A stretch of DNA of 64,000 nucleotides from Pseudomonadales bacterium (GTDB lineage: Bacteria > Pseudomonadota > Gammaproteobacteria > Pseudomonadales > CAWVSB01). The stretch is from NCBI GenBank assembly GCA_036960375.1, contig JBALVY010000011.1:69290-133289 (forward strand). The letters are read 5' to 3'. Made by a program: the position numbers and the translations under genes. Shown here piece by piece: positions 48,145-59,690 of this stretch. The notes beneath the pieces are model-generated. The model ran no database searches and had not been told where the DNA came from. It worked only from the letters and a program-made list of their open reading frames with translations. Position 1 is the first letter of the stretch, and every line of letters begins with the position of its first letter.

Positions 48145-48450
48145 ATGAAAACATTTAGTCGAATTGATATCACCCAGGCGCGACAGCTTATAGATGACGG
48201 AGCGAACATCGTCGACATTCGTGATGAACAGACCTTCCAGGGAGGTCACGTTGAAGGCGCAACCAACCTAGGTAATCACAACATCAGTGAATACGTCGCC
48301 CAAACGCCGCAGGATACACCTCTGGTTGTGTTTTGTTATCACGGCAATTCCAGCCAATCAGCGGCGCAATTCCTGGTCGAGCAAGGCTTCGACCAGGTTT
48401 TCAGCGTCGACGGTGGTTTTGAGGCCTGGGCCAATAGCCCGCAAATCTAG
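48145..48450 (+). CDS. glpE: Thiosulfate sulfurtransferase GlpE
   Basis: VDIRD, active-site CYHGNSSQ, DGGFEAW; GAGGA SD. Confidence 0.92.
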   Translation: MKTFSRIDITQARQLIDDGANIVDIRDEQTFQGGHVEGATNLGNHNISEYVAQTPQDTPLVVFCYHGNSSQSAAQFLVEQGFDQVFSVDGGFEAWANSPQI

Positions 48451-50288
48451 TGGATGACACACTCAGCACAGTGAAGGTATGTATGCTTAGGGTCGTTATA
48501 TAGATGTGGCTGGCTCAACAGAGGTGGTAACCCGGCCTGCAGCTGCGCCAGCAAAGGTAACTTAGCCATCAAGCGTGCAGATATATTGCCCAGCAGTGCG
48601 TCCAGCGCGGACATCTGGGCCCACTCTTCGTCCTCAACCCACAACACCTGGTAGTCATTCTCCAAATTGACCAGTTTGGCGGCCGATTCAACTGCAGCCG
48701 ATAAACCACCTAAATGATCCACCAGACCCGCATCAAACGCATCTTTACCCGTCCATACACGCCCCTGCGCCAATTTTTCTACATCTTCTATCGCCATCCC
48801 CCTGCCTTCAGCCACAATTTGAATAAACCGGCTGTAGCCGTATTCGATGCCCGACTGTATAGCCGCAGCAGCGACAGCATTTAATGGGCGGTCAATCGCA
48901 TAAGCACCGGCCAGCCGGGTAGTGCCCACCCCATCACTGTAAATACCCATCTCGGCCAGGCTGCGATTAACCGTGGGAAATGCGCCATAGATACCAATAG
49001 AACCGGTCAAGGTAACCGGTGAGGCCCAGATTTCATCCGCCCCTGCGGCAACCCAGTAACCGCCCGAGGCCGCCATTGCGCCCATTGACACCACCACAGG
49101 TTTACCCGCCTGCTGTAATGCGACAACCTGTTCACGAATGACTTCTGAAGCGAAGGCGCTTCCGCCACCACTCGATACACGCAGCACTACTGCTCGAATA
49201 TTGTCGTCACGGCGAGCCTTGCGTAACAATGTGGCCACACTTTCACCTGCCGCTACGCCTGGCGGTTCGTTTCCATCAATTATCATGCCTTCGGCAACCA
49301 CTATGCCGATGCCATTTTTATCAACTACCTCAGGGGTAAACGGAAAATCGACGATATTGAGGTAATGTCGATTATCCACCCGACTATAATAGCCGTCCTC
49401 GTCTTCACCGACCTGCTCAGTCAGATAACGCACCATCTCATCTTTGGTTTTGATGCCATCTACCAGGCCATATTCCAGCGCAGCCAGCGCCGCATTACCG
49501 CTAACTGTAGTCATGATCTGATCAATATTATTGATATAGTGATCGATAGATTGTTCCGGCAGATCCCGGTTGGCAATCACCGTTGAGGTATATTGCTGCC
49601 ATATTGCTTGCAGCCAATGGTTATTCGCTTCCTTGGCCTGCTCCGACATATCATTTCTTAAAATGGGCTCTAAAGCAGACTTGAACTGGCCGACACGAAA
49701 AACATGAAAGTCGACCTTCAGCTTATCGAGCGCATCTTTAAAATAATTGCGATATACAGCAAAACCAGTAAGTACCACTCCACCCATAGGATGCACATAG
49801 ATTTCATCGGCAAAGCTTGCCAACATGTAAGTCTGCTGATTAAAGTTATTACCATAGGCAACAACCTTTTTACCGGCTGCTTTGAACGCCTGAATTTCCA
49901 AAGCCAGCTCATAGGTCTTACTCATGCCGATGGCCTGCATCTCATCCAGACGCAATACCATCATCGTAATACGTTTATCCTTGCTCGCCTCCTTAATGGT
50001 GGTAATCAGCCCTCTTAATGGTGTTTCCGACTGTAGAGCCGACGGATCAACCAAACGAGTAAGAGGGTCGATAAAGCTTCTCTGATCAACAACGACACCT
50101 GTAGGCGCTACTACCAGAGCGGCCTTATCCGGCATGGTAAATGGCTCATAGCTACCGTAGACGACAAACATCACCACCAGCATCAACAAAAAGAAGATAT
50201 TCGCCAGCATACCGCGGACAAAAGTCACCATGCCCCATATGCCTGTAAAAAAACGCCTGATTAGTCCTGGCTTCTTAGTTTCACTCAT
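48447..50288 (-). CDS. sppA: Signal peptide peptidase SppA, 67K type
   Basis: RVGQFKSALEP, SGGGSAFASE, MAASGGYW, TLTGSIG, QGRVWTG. Confidence 0.94.
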   Translation of the reverse strand: MSETKKPGLIRRFFTGIWGMVTFVRGMLANIFFLLMLVVMFVVYGSYEPFTMPDKAALVVAPTGVVVDQRSFIDPLTRLVDPSALQSETPLRGLITTIKEASKDKRITMMVLRLDEMQAIGMSKTYELALEIQAFKAAGKKVVAYGNNFNQQTYMLASFADEIYVHPMGGVVLTGFAVYRNYFKDALDKLKVDFHVFRVGQFKSALEPILRNDMSEQAKEANNHWLQAIWQQYTSTVIANRDLPEQSIDHYINNIDQIMTTVSGNAALAALEYGLVDGIKTKDEMVRYLTEQVGEDEDGYYSRVDNRHYLNIVDFPFTPEVVDKNGIGIVVAEGMIIDGNEPPGVAAGESVATLLRKARRDDNIRAVVLRVSSGGGSAFASEVIREQVVALQQAGKPVVVSMGAMAASGGYWVAAGADEIWASPVTLTGSIGIYGAFPTVNRSLAEMGIYSDGVGTTRLAGAYAIDRPLNAVAAAAIQSGIEYGYSRFIQIVAEGRGMAIEDVEKLAQGRVWTGKDAFDAGLVDHLGGLSAAVESAAKLVNLENDYQVLWVEDEEWAQMSALDALLGNISARLMAKLPLLAQLQAGLPPLLSQPHLYNDPKHTYLHCAECVIH

Positions 50289-50666
50289 TAATTTTGGCCT
50301 CCTCGGGCCGTACTAATTTACCCTGCCATCTTGCTGCCATCATACCGCTTATATAGGTGATGACACAGAGAATGACTGTCAGCCAATCGTAAGTAGAAAC
50401 CACCGGTTCAAAGGTATTGCCACCAGAGGAAATAAAATACACCAGCAATACAAAACACAAACCCACATACCAGCGTGGCTTTCGTTTAATAATACCGGGT
50501 ATAAAGACCAGTAGGGGTACCACATGAATCAGCCAGATGACTGGATTGGGCTCTCGCCCCCCCAACGGAAATATCAGCGTTTTGGCGGTAAACAGCACCA
50601 GCAGATCAACATAGCCCACTAACATAACCCACCAGGCCACGGTGAATTTTTTTTCTAATTTTGTCA

Positions 50667-50667
<1 letters not shown>
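50281..50667 (-). CDS. DUF2069 family membrane protein
   Basis: PLL..IPG...PR.Y....FV.L.YF pattern; conserved position after wrbA. Confidence 0.75.
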
Positions 50668-51625
<958 letters not shown>

Positions 51626-51682
51626 CCGAAATAACTCCGTTAGGATATACTGAAACATTCAACAGGCAACCATTATAGAACT

Positions 51683-52939
51683 ATGCTGGAACAACTAAAA
51701 ACCACAGTCGCGTTTTTACGTCATTTTATTCGCCGCTACAGTGAAGATGATTGTATGCGAAGCGCTGCCGCTCTCACTTATATGAGTCTGTTTGCCGTTG
51801 TGCCGTTAATGACCGTGGCCTATACCATGTTCTCGCTTATCCCCAGCTTCGCCGAAATGGGCGATAAAATACAGGCGCTTATATTCTCCAATTTCCTACC
51901 CGCGGCCGGTGACCAGGTACAAGGCTATCTGGTCGAATTCTCCGGCCAGGCTCGCACGCTCACCGCATTTGGCATCGGATTTCTGGCTCTCACCGCCTTC
52001 CTGATGCTCAAAAATATTGAGCAAACGTTAAATAGTATCTGGAAAACACGCGCCAACCGCCAAGGTTTAAGCAGTTTTCTATTATATTGGGCAGTACTCA
52101 GCCTGGGTCCGCTGTTTATCGGTATAGGTTTTTTGATCAGTACCTACCTCATTTCCTTAACCGTAATATTCGACGGTGAATACAATCTGGGTATATCGGA
52201 ACTACTATTACGCCAAATACCACTGGCACTACAGATACTGGGCTTTAGCTTACTATTTGGCGTAGTACCCAACGCCAAGGTGCCCCTCCGCCATGCTTTG
52301 GCAGGCGGTACGGCGGCTGCATTGGTATTTGAACTGGCCAAAAAAAGCTTTGCTGCCATTGTGTCAAACTCCAGTTACCAGCTAATTTATGGCGCATTTG
52401 CCGCCGTTCCGCTGTTTCTACTGTGGATCTACCTTAGCTGGTTAATCATTTTAGGCGGCGCGGTATTCACCCAGTCACTGGCGGGTTTCTCCAATCGCGC
52501 CAGCCGGGTATTTGACCCTCTTATTATCGCGGTCGCGCTACTTGAACTCTTCTATCGTCGCCACCAAACCGGCAAACAAGTCACTGAACGCGACATTCTG
52601 TCTGACCGCTGGTTACTCGATAAATACCCCCTGACGGCTCACCAATGGCAACAATTACGCGACATATTGATTGATGCAAAAATAATATGCGCAACCGACA
52701 ACGACACTTACATTCTCAGTCGAGATCTAAACCGTTTAAGTATTTGGCAGCTATCACTTTTGTTGCCCGGCATCGAGTCTACCGAACAGACTCGTCCGGG
52801 TAGCAATGAGCAATATCCATGGTACGACGATCTACGTGGATTGCTTATCGATGTTGATCGTTATAGCCGTGACAAAATGGACATCAGCCTGGCTGACTTA
52901 TTTCAGCAAAAAGAAGACAAAGGCGATGCCGGCGAATGA
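51683..52939 (+). CDS. yihY: YihY/virulence factor BrkB family inner membrane protein with C-terminal extension
   Basis: AAALTYMSLFAVVPL, LNSIW, LSLGP, YQLIYGAFAAVPLFLLWIYLSW. Confidence 0.9.
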   Translation: MLEQLKTTVAFLRHFIRRYSEDDCMRSAAALTYMSLFAVVPLMTVAYTMFSLIPSFAEMGDKIQALIFSNFLPAAGDQVQGYLVEFSGQARTLTAFGIGFLALTAFLMLKNIEQTLNSIWKTRANRQGLSSFLLYWAVLSLGPLFIGIGFLISTYLISLTVIFDGEYNLGISELLLRQIPLALQILGFSLLFGVVPNAKVPLRHALAGGTAAALVFELAKKSFAAIVSNSSYQLIYGAFAAVPLFLLWIYLSWLIILGGAVFTQSLAGFSNRASRVFDPLIIAVALLELFYRRHQTGKQVTERDILSDRWLLDKYPLTAHQWQQLRDILIDAKIICATDNDTYILSRDLNRLSIWQLSLLLPGIESTEQTRPGSNEQYPWYDDLRGLLIDVDRYSRDKMDISLADLFQQKEDKGDAGE

Positions 52940-53397
52940 AGTCAATATCACTGGTGTTTACGTTTTTACTTTTTCTATCGGCTTGTAGCGAGCCGGCACC
53001 TGGCACGACGGTACAGCTGAAACAGGGCCAGTCGATCGACCTGCTCAATCATCCTGACCATTGGCTGGTCATCAATTATTGGGCCAGTTGGTGCAAACCC
53101 TGTATAGAAGAAATACCCGAACTGAACAAGTTCATGAGAGCCCGTCCTGATGTACATATCGTTGGCGTTAATTTTGACGGCCTCAGCGGAGAGGCTTTAA
53201 ACGAACAGATCACCGCTATCGGCATGGAGTTCTCTCCGCTGGAGCAGGACCCTTTCTCTTTACTGGGCTATGATCGCCCCGTCGTACTACCTGTTACTTA
53301 CATATTTACCCCCTCAGGCAAACTGGTGGCTGAACTCGCAGGGCCACAAACACTGGAATCCCTCCTCGCAGCCACCAACAACAACCACGATGGCTGA
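52936..53397 (+). CDS. TlpA-family thiol-disulfide oxidoreductase (lipoprotein)
   Basis: Lipobox LSAC; INYWASWCKPCIEEIP. Confidence 0.9.
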   Translation: MKSISLVFTFLLFLSACSEPAPGTTVQLKQGQSIDLLNHPDHWLVINYWASWCKPCIEEIPELNKFMRARPDVHIVGVNFDGLSGEALNEQITAIGMEFSPLEQDPFSLLGYDRPVVLPVTYIFTPSGKLVAELAGPQTLESLLAATNNNHDG

Positions 53398-53665
53398 GAT
53401 CAACTGTGTGCACGGATATGCCAGTGGCCAGGTTCAGGGCGTCTGGTATCGCGACTTCGTTCGTCGCTGTGCGCTACGTTATAACGCCAGCGGATGGGCT
53501 AAAAATCTGGCCGATGGCCGTGTGGAATTTAGACTGTTCGGCAGCCAGGCAGACTTACTCCAACTAATAGCAGATCTTAGAACCGGGCCTGAGTTATCCC
53601 TTGTAGACGATGTGGTTTACCAATGGCACCACGCCAAAGCAGAAAACGGCTTTCGGATACTCTAG
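53390..53665 (+). CDS. acyP: Acylphosphatase
   Basis: GQVQGVWYR, GWAKNLADGRVE. Confidence 0.9.
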   Translation: MAEINCVHGYASGQVQGVWYRDFVRRCALRYNASGWAKNLADGRVEFRLFGSQADLLQLIADLRTGPELSLVDDVVYQWHHAKAENGFRIL

Positions 53666-53699
53666 TGCTTATCGATATTAACACCGGCTCAACACAGGG

Positions 53700-55877
53700 T
53701 TATTGAACCGCTGCCTTAGCTTTCTGGTTGCCAACACCACGCCACGCTTCCTGAATAACATAAGCTCGAACAGTTTGCGCCTCTTCTTCGCTTAGATAAC
53801 TCTCAAAACCAGGCATCCCGTTAGTCGCGAGCGCTCCTTTTAACACTACCTTACTCCAGCCATCGGCATCATGTAGCCAGCCTGAACCGCGAAGATCAGG
53901 GATGATCAAACCAGAGACAGCATTGAGACCGTGACACCCGGCACAGTTATCTTGATACAAAACCTGACCTGCTAAAGTCGTTGCTTTGTCAGCGGTCTCT
54001 GGCGGGGGATTAAAAGTGACTCGCGGACGCCATTCAGGCTCGGGGAGTTTACCCCTGGCGCCTAATTTGAACGTTACTATGCGGTTTATCGGAGACTGGC
54101 TTTCTGACATCACATACTCACCGAATACCAGAGCATATGCGCCCCCCCACCCGACGTTAACAGAGATGTATTGCTCACCATCAATCTCGTAGCTAATTGG
54201 CGGAGCCACTGTTCCTGTATTAACCGGAAACTCCCACACGGGTTCACCTTTGTCAGCAGTAAATGCTTTCAGTTTACCATCGGCAGTGCCCTGAAAAACC
54301 AAGTTGCCAGCAGTACTCAATACCCCACCATTCCAAGTGCCTTTGTGCTCCACTCGCCACGCTTCTTTCTGGGTTTTAGGGTTCCACGCGAGAAGTCGTC
54401 CGGCGACAATAGCTCCGTAAGCATCGCGCTCAGCTTGTGAGTCGGGCAAGCTGCCTAAAATAGCATCGGTCCCCAAATGTGCGGCGCCTGGACGATAAAC
54501 AAAATCTTTATCATCGCCATAAACGGCAGGGAAATCCAACACCGGTATGTAGACAAGGCCAGTATCCTGACTGTAAGACATTGGATGCCAATTGTGTCCC
54601 CCTAAATAGGAGGGAAGTACTGTCGCGGGTTCACCGTTGTAATAGCGAGCCTCGGGAACTTCTACTGGTCGCCCTGTTTCCATATCGACATGCGTAGCCC
54701 ATGTTAGGTTGATAAACTTCTCTGCCGAAAGCAAGGTGCCATCAGTGCGGTCCAGAACATAAAAGAACCCATTCTTTGGTGCCTGCATCAATACCTTGCG
54801 ATTTTTGCCATCGAGTTCCATATCGGCCAAAATAATGTGCTGCGTCGCGGTGTAGTCCCAGGTTTCGCCAGGCGTAGTCTGGTAGTGCCACACGTATTCA
54901 CCCGTATCAGCTCTCAATGCGACGATCGACGACAGGAACAAATTGTCGCCACCGCCCGGTGAACGAATCGATTGATTCCAGGGAGTGCCGTTACCGACAC
55001 CGATATAAAGCAGGCCCAAATCGGGATCGTAGGCCATTGAATCCCAAACAGTGCCACCGCCACCGCCTAGTTCCCACCATTTACCATTCCAGGTTTTAGC
55101 GGCCATTTCCATCGCTTCATTTTCAAAGCCTAGCTCTGGATCACCCGGCACCGTATAAAATCTCCAGGCCATGGTACCGTCGACGGAATTGTAGGCAGAA
55201 ATAAATCCGCGCACCCCGTATTCTGCACCACCGTTACCGATCATGACTTTGCCGTCAATAACCCTGGGAGCACCAGTAATGGTATAAGGAAGTTCCGGGT
55301 CGACTGTTGCAACCTGCCAGTTAACCTTACCGGTAGCTGCATCCAGAGCAATCAAGCGACCGTCGAGAGCACCAAAAAATACTTGCCCTTGCCAGACCGC
55401 GACGCCGCGATTCACAACATCACAGCAGGCGTGTCGTGATTTTTCTTTTGCTACTTCAGGGTCATAAGTCCATAAAGCCTCACCGGTCCTTGGGTCTACG
55501 GCATGCACAATACTCCATGACGAAGTGCTATACATCACACCATCAACAACGATTGAGGTAGCCTCAATACCGCGCTGAGTACTAAAATCGTATGACCACG
55601 CCAAACCCAGATCTTTAATATTGTCGGAAGTGATTTGTGCTAACGGACTGTAGCGTTGCTCGCTATAGGTTCTGCCGTGAGACATCCAGCTACCGGGTTC
55701 TGCGTCAGCGGCAATAAGTCGTTTAGCATCAACAGCGGCGGCGCTTTTTAAGGGCAGGACTATGGCTTCTACAGCCGGAGCAGCGACACTATTCACATCT
55801 TCGGTTTTTTGCTCGCTGCAGGCAGCCATACCAAGGGATAGACTTAACAGGGCGACAGTCGACAACTTTGTTTTCAT
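53700..55877 (-). CDS. Quinohemoprotein (type II) PQQ-dependent alcohol dehydrogenase, lipoprotein
   Basis: Lipobox MAAC, CCDVVNRG, GAEYGVRG, WDYTATQH, APKNGFFY, C-terminal CAGCH heme-c site. Confidence 0.93.
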   Translation of the reverse strand: MKTKLSTVALLSLSLGMAACSEQKTEDVNSVAAPAVEAIVLPLKSAAAVDAKRLIAADAEPGSWMSHGRTYSEQRYSPLAQITSDNIKDLGLAWSYDFSTQRGIEATSIVVDGVMYSTSSWSIVHAVDPRTGEALWTYDPEVAKEKSRHACCDVVNRGVAVWQGQVFFGALDGRLIALDAATGKVNWQVATVDPELPYTITGAPRVIDGKVMIGNGGAEYGVRGFISAYNSVDGTMAWRFYTVPGDPELGFENEAMEMAAKTWNGKWWELGGGGGTVWDSMAYDPDLGLLYIGVGNGTPWNQSIRSPGGGDNLFLSSIVALRADTGEYVWHYQTTPGETWDYTATQHIILADMELDGKNRKVLMQAPKNGFFYVLDRTDGTLLSAEKFINLTWATHVDMETGRPVEVPEARYYNGEPATVLPSYLGGHNWHPMSYSQDTGLVYIPVLDFPAVYGDDKDFVYRPGAAHLGTDAILGSLPDSQAERDAYGAIVAGRLLAWNPKTQKEAWRVEHKGTWNGGVLSTAGNLVFQGTADGKLKAFTADKGEPVWEFPVNTGTVAPPISYEIDGEQYISVNVGWGGAYALVFGEYVMSESQSPINRIVTFKLGARGKLPEPEWRPRVTFNPPPETADKATTLAGQVLYQDNCAGCHGLNAVSGLIIPDLRGSGWLHDADGWSKVVLKGALATNGMPGFESYLSEEEAQTVRAYVIQEAWRGVGNQKAKAAVQ

Positions 55878-56234
55878 AATTATAATGAAGTCTCTGACTA
55901 TTATTATTGACCTCGGAGCATAGCACGAAATAATGAGCGTTAAATAGCGCCTATATATGCGATCCATGCGTAGCTATCCCCCACGCTTTTACTTAACTTA
56001 GATCGTTACCGGAGCAGCAGATTAATAACTGGAGCTCTAAGCGCGCCTCGCGGTGAACGTGAGCCGCTTGATCTTCAGGAGAGCTGACGGGTATAGCATG
56101 TGGATAGAAGCGGCTATGCCGTAGCTTGTCGCCGGAAAGTGCCTGTCCCACTAAGTATGCTAAGTAATTCCAAGTAATTTCATATATTATTGTTCAAAAT
56201 AGAGTTAACCCAATAAAAAGCAAAGGCCGCCAGC

Positions 56235-57038
56235 ATGATTATTGATCCCAATGCAGAATATCATATGCCCGTCTTTTTTGGCCCTTTGCCCCGCAAGGTT
56301 ACAAGAAGACAATATAATGATGTAACCAGCATTACGGTCTCTTATCTTACTGACCGTGAACAACTGGCTAAGTATCTTCCTCCATCTTTTGAGGTTGGGG
56401 AATGGCCGATTATCACAGTCTCCTATGCCTGTAACAAAGAAGTTGAATGGCTAGCCGGTCGGTCTTACAACCTTATTGGTGTTACTGCAGCGGTGAAATT
56501 CAATGGAAAAGAAGACCAGCTGGAAGGGGCCTTAACTCTGGCGATGTGGGAAAATCTGACCGACCCCATTCTCACCGGTCGTGAAATCAAGGGGATTCCC
56601 AAGATCTATGCGGATATCCCCGAACATCAGATTATCAATGGTCAGTGGCAGGTAAACGCCAGTCATTTTGGCAATCGGATTCTGACAATAAGCGCCGACA
56701 ACCTTGTGCTCCAGAGTGCCCAGGAGATGGCTGATGCTAAAAAATCCATGGAGGGGAAAGATAACTGGATGGGATACAAATATATCCCGAACCCGAATGG
56801 TATTGGTGCGGCCATCAGCCAGGCAACACTTTTCCCGTCTGAAAATATCGCCAAAGAAGTATGGCTGGGACAGGGAGAGGTTCACTGGGAACATCTGACC
56901 TGGGAGCAAAACCCGACACAGTTTCACATTGTTAATGCCTTGGCAGGCTTGCCGAATCTTGGCGTTGTTTACACCGCCGTAACCAAAGGTACCTCCGACC
57001 TCGAGCCGGAAGGAAAATCCGTACGGGAGATAAGATAG
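56235..57038 (+). CDS. Acetoacetate decarboxylase-family protein
   Basis: GREIKGIPKIYA (Schiff-base Lys motif), MWENLTDPI. Confidence 0.82.
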   Translation: MIIDPNAEYHMPVFFGPLPRKVTRRQYNDVTSITVSYLTDREQLAKYLPPSFEVGEWPIITVSYACNKEVEWLAGRSYNLIGVTAAVKFNGKEDQLEGALTLAMWENLTDPILTGREIKGIPKIYADIPEHQIINGQWQVNASHFGNRILTISADNLVLQSAQEMADAKKSMEGKDNWMGYKYIPNPNGIGAAISQATLFPSENIAKEVWLGQGEVHWEHLTWEQNPTQFHIVNALAGLPNLGVVYTAVTKGTSDLEPEGKSVREIR

Positions 57039-57099
57039 GCTTTCCCATAAAGTTGATCGTATTGAACGTTTATCCACTGACAACAGACGTGACCTTCAA

Positions 57100-58074
57100 A
57101 TGAATAGATTAGACCTACCATCCGCTATCGAAAATAAAACCATTCAGCAAGTGACCGTTCTTGGGCAGGGCGTAATGGGTGTTGATATCGCCATTATCTT
57201 TGCCATCGCAGGGTATGACGTCACCGCAGTGGATCTTTTCGAGGAACAATTAGAAAAGGCGGCAACAAGAGCTGAACTCAATGCTATGCAGATGGTCGCC
57301 GGCGGCATTCTGGACAAAGACACGGCAGAGAGTGCGCTGCAGCGTATTCATCGATCAACAGATTGGGATACCGCCATTGCCAACGCTGATTTCATCATGG
57401 AAGTTATTCCAGAAGATATAGCTAAGAAAAAGGCGGTTTTTAACCGCTGCGACAAACTCTGCGCTCCGGAGGTTATTATTGCCTCTAATACCTCTTCTAT
57501 GAGTATCACAACTATTGCCGAGGAGATGACATACCCGGAAAGGGCGATTACAACACACTGGACTATTCCTGCCCATTTAAGCCCGCTGGTGGAGGTTGTG
57601 TCCGGAGTGCAGACCGCCAAGACCACGGAAGAAAAAGTCATGAGTTTGTTGCAGGGAATGGGGAAACGGCCAATGCTCTGCAAAGACACGCCCGGTTTTA
57701 TCCATAATATTCTTCAGGGCGCTCTGATCGGTGCAGCCATGGGCCTGATGGATTGGGAGATTGCCACTGCTGAAGAAATCGATAATGTTGTTAAAAACGG
57801 ATTCGGCTTGCGACTGGCCAGCGTAGGGCCTATTCAGTTTATGGACATGGTCGGGCTGGATTCCATTAGCAATGTGGGAGAGTATCTTGCCGAGGTAAAT
57901 AATGACCCCAGTTATCGATCGCACCAACGCATCCGCGATAAAGTGGAAAATGGAGATCTCGGTGTTAAAACTGGCAAAGGATTTTATGAATACCAAAATG
58001 CCGGTTCAGATGAGTTCTGGGAAAAGATCAACGGCAGCATTATCAGAACATTGAAGGCAAATCAGCAGGATTAA
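57100..58074 (+). CDS. 3-hydroxyacyl-CoA dehydrogenase-family NAD-dependent dehydrogenase
   Basis: GQGVMG, EVIPED, ASNTSS, H...PLVEVV, PGFIHN, GP..FMDMVGLD, LGVKTGKGFY. Confidence 0.88.
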   Translation: MNRLDLPSAIENKTIQQVTVLGQGVMGVDIAIIFAIAGYDVTAVDLFEEQLEKAATRAELNAMQMVAGGILDKDTAESALQRIHRSTDWDTAIANADFIMEVIPEDIAKKKAVFNRCDKLCAPEVIIASNTSSMSITTIAEEMTYPERAITTHWTIPAHLSPLVEVVSGVQTAKTTEEKVMSLLQGMGKRPMLCKDTPGFIHNILQGALIGAAMGLMDWEIATAEEIDNVVKNGFGLRLASVGPIQFMDMVGLDSISNVGEYLAEVNNDPSYRSHQRIRDKVENGDLGVKTGKGFYEYQNAGSDEFWEKINGSIIRTLKANQQD

Positions 58075-58098
58075 AAAGGCATTCTTGTTCTAATAATT

Positions 58099-58299
58099 TT
58101 GATTGGGCGTCTTTTATATCATTCTCAACGAGAAGAAGAAGCCTTTGAATGGTATCAAAAAGCGCTTGATGTGCGTGACGAGTGGCTGCTTGGTTTTTTA
58201 ATTGATCGCCGTACAAATGGGCCTTTGCTAGAAGACCCGCGAGGCATGAAATTACTACTGAAAGCCAAGCTTAAACCCGAATGGGTGCTGGCTAGCTAG
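58099..58299 (+). pseudogene. C-terminal relic of a TPR-containing (TolB-like/adenylate cyclase-type) protein
   Basis: EEAFEWYQKALDVRDEWLL...LLEDPRGMKLL resembles the AFEWLEKA...RD..L....L..DPRF..LL tail; only a TTG start and no SD. Confidence 0.65.
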
Positions 58300-59657
58300 A
58301 GTGGTGTTGGTGGATCGCTTAGCTCATCCAGCCCCTGTTCCTTCAAGCTGTTACGGTAATACGACAGCCCAAAAGCAATAGTGATCACTGCAAGCGGATA
58401 AACGATTGCCGCTACAGTCGCCAGTGAATAATTCAAATGCTCATCGCCTGCATAGACGAAGTCTGTAAAAAAGGCCACAAAACTACCACCCAAAGCCAGA
58501 CCAAATAAATTGGTACTAAAAAGCATCAGCGCGGATATTTGCGCTCGCATATGATTAGGCGTAATCACATTCAAAGCCGCCATGGCGACACCAAAATGCG
58601 TATAGTGGACAAATATTATCGGCCAGGTGAGAAGAATTGCTAGATCAGCTGAGGGCATCAGTGGCGCAGCCGCAGCTGGAACGATGAGTATAGCGGCAGC
58701 TAACATCACCATTCTCATATTTGCATCAAGATAACCCCTGGCCTGTAATCGCTCCGCAAAAAAGGCACCACTCAGCGTGCCCGCGCTGCCTGCGATTAGA
58801 AAAATCCAGCCTAGTGCCTGCCCTGCCTCTGTCCGAGGCATCGCGTAACTGCGCTGTAAAAACTCGGGATACCAGGTCAAAGTGCCATAACCAATCACTG
58901 CCATCATGGATACGCCAAAAACCAGTGAAAAATAGACCTGCCAGTGGCTTCGCAGCCAACCGATTAGCTCAGAGCCTTGTCCATCACTCCCCCGCCTTGC
59001 CGACCGCCCCTGACGTTGCGGCTCCTTGATTGCCAGCAACATCAAGACCACAATCAAACCGGGCAAGCCCACCGCAATAAATGTCGCCTGCCAGGCTGAA
59101 ATAGATACTAGCCATTCAATACCGGTGATGGTCCCAATAGGATTGGCCTCCAGATAATCGTAAACGCTGCCTCCAATCATATAAGACGTACCACTACCAA
59201 TAGTGATGCCCAGAGTGAATACGGAAGTTGCCCAACGTAAACGCCGGGCGCTAAAATAATCCGCCATCATAGAATAGGCTGGCGGTGACAGGGCCGCCTC
59301 GCCTACGCCTACGCCCACCCGTGTAACAAAAAGTGCGTAGAAACTGCCCGCTAATCCACAAAGACAGGTCATCAGGCTCCAGAAAAACACTCCACCGGTA
59401 ATAATCCATTTGCGACTATAGCGGTCGGCCAGCCAGCCTATTGGCAAACCCAGAAAGATATAAAAAAGAGTAAAAGCCCAGCCGTGGAGAATACTGAATT
59501 GAAAGTCGCTGATGTCAAACTGCTGGCGAATGGGTCCAACCAACATCGCCAGTACATTACGATCAATAAAAGAGAGAATATAAGCTAATAAAAGAGTGAC
59601 CAGAACATAGGTGGTGTAGGCGCTACCGGGCGGTGAAGAAACATCAGTGCGACTCAT
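58296..59657 (-). CDS. MFS transporter, spinster-like
   Basis: SFIDRNVL, GWLADRYSRK, RVGVGVGEAALSP, PNHMRAQ. Confidence 0.92.
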   Translation of the reverse strand: MSRTDVSSPPGSAYTTYVLVTLLLAYILSFIDRNVLAMLVGPIRQQFDISDFQFSILHGWAFTLFYIFLGLPIGWLADRYSRKWIITGGVFFWSLMTCLCGLAGSFYALFVTRVGVGVGEAALSPPAYSMMADYFSARRLRWATSVFTLGITIGSGTSYMIGGSVYDYLEANPIGTITGIEWLVSISAWQATFIAVGLPGLIVVLMLLAIKEPQRQGRSARRGSDGQGSELIGWLRSHWQVYFSLVFGVSMMAVIGYGTLTWYPEFLQRSYAMPRTEAGQALGWIFLIAGSAGTLSGAFFAERLQARGYLDANMRMVMLAAAILIVPAAAAPLMPSADLAILLTWPIIFVHYTHFGVAMAALNVITPNHMRAQISALMLFSTNLFGLALGGSFVAFFTDFVYAGDEHLNYSLATVAAIVYPLAVITIAFGLSYYRNSLKEQGLDELSDPPTPL

Positions 59658-59690
59658 AGAGCGCGTCTTCTTTTACAGTGAGCCGTCATT

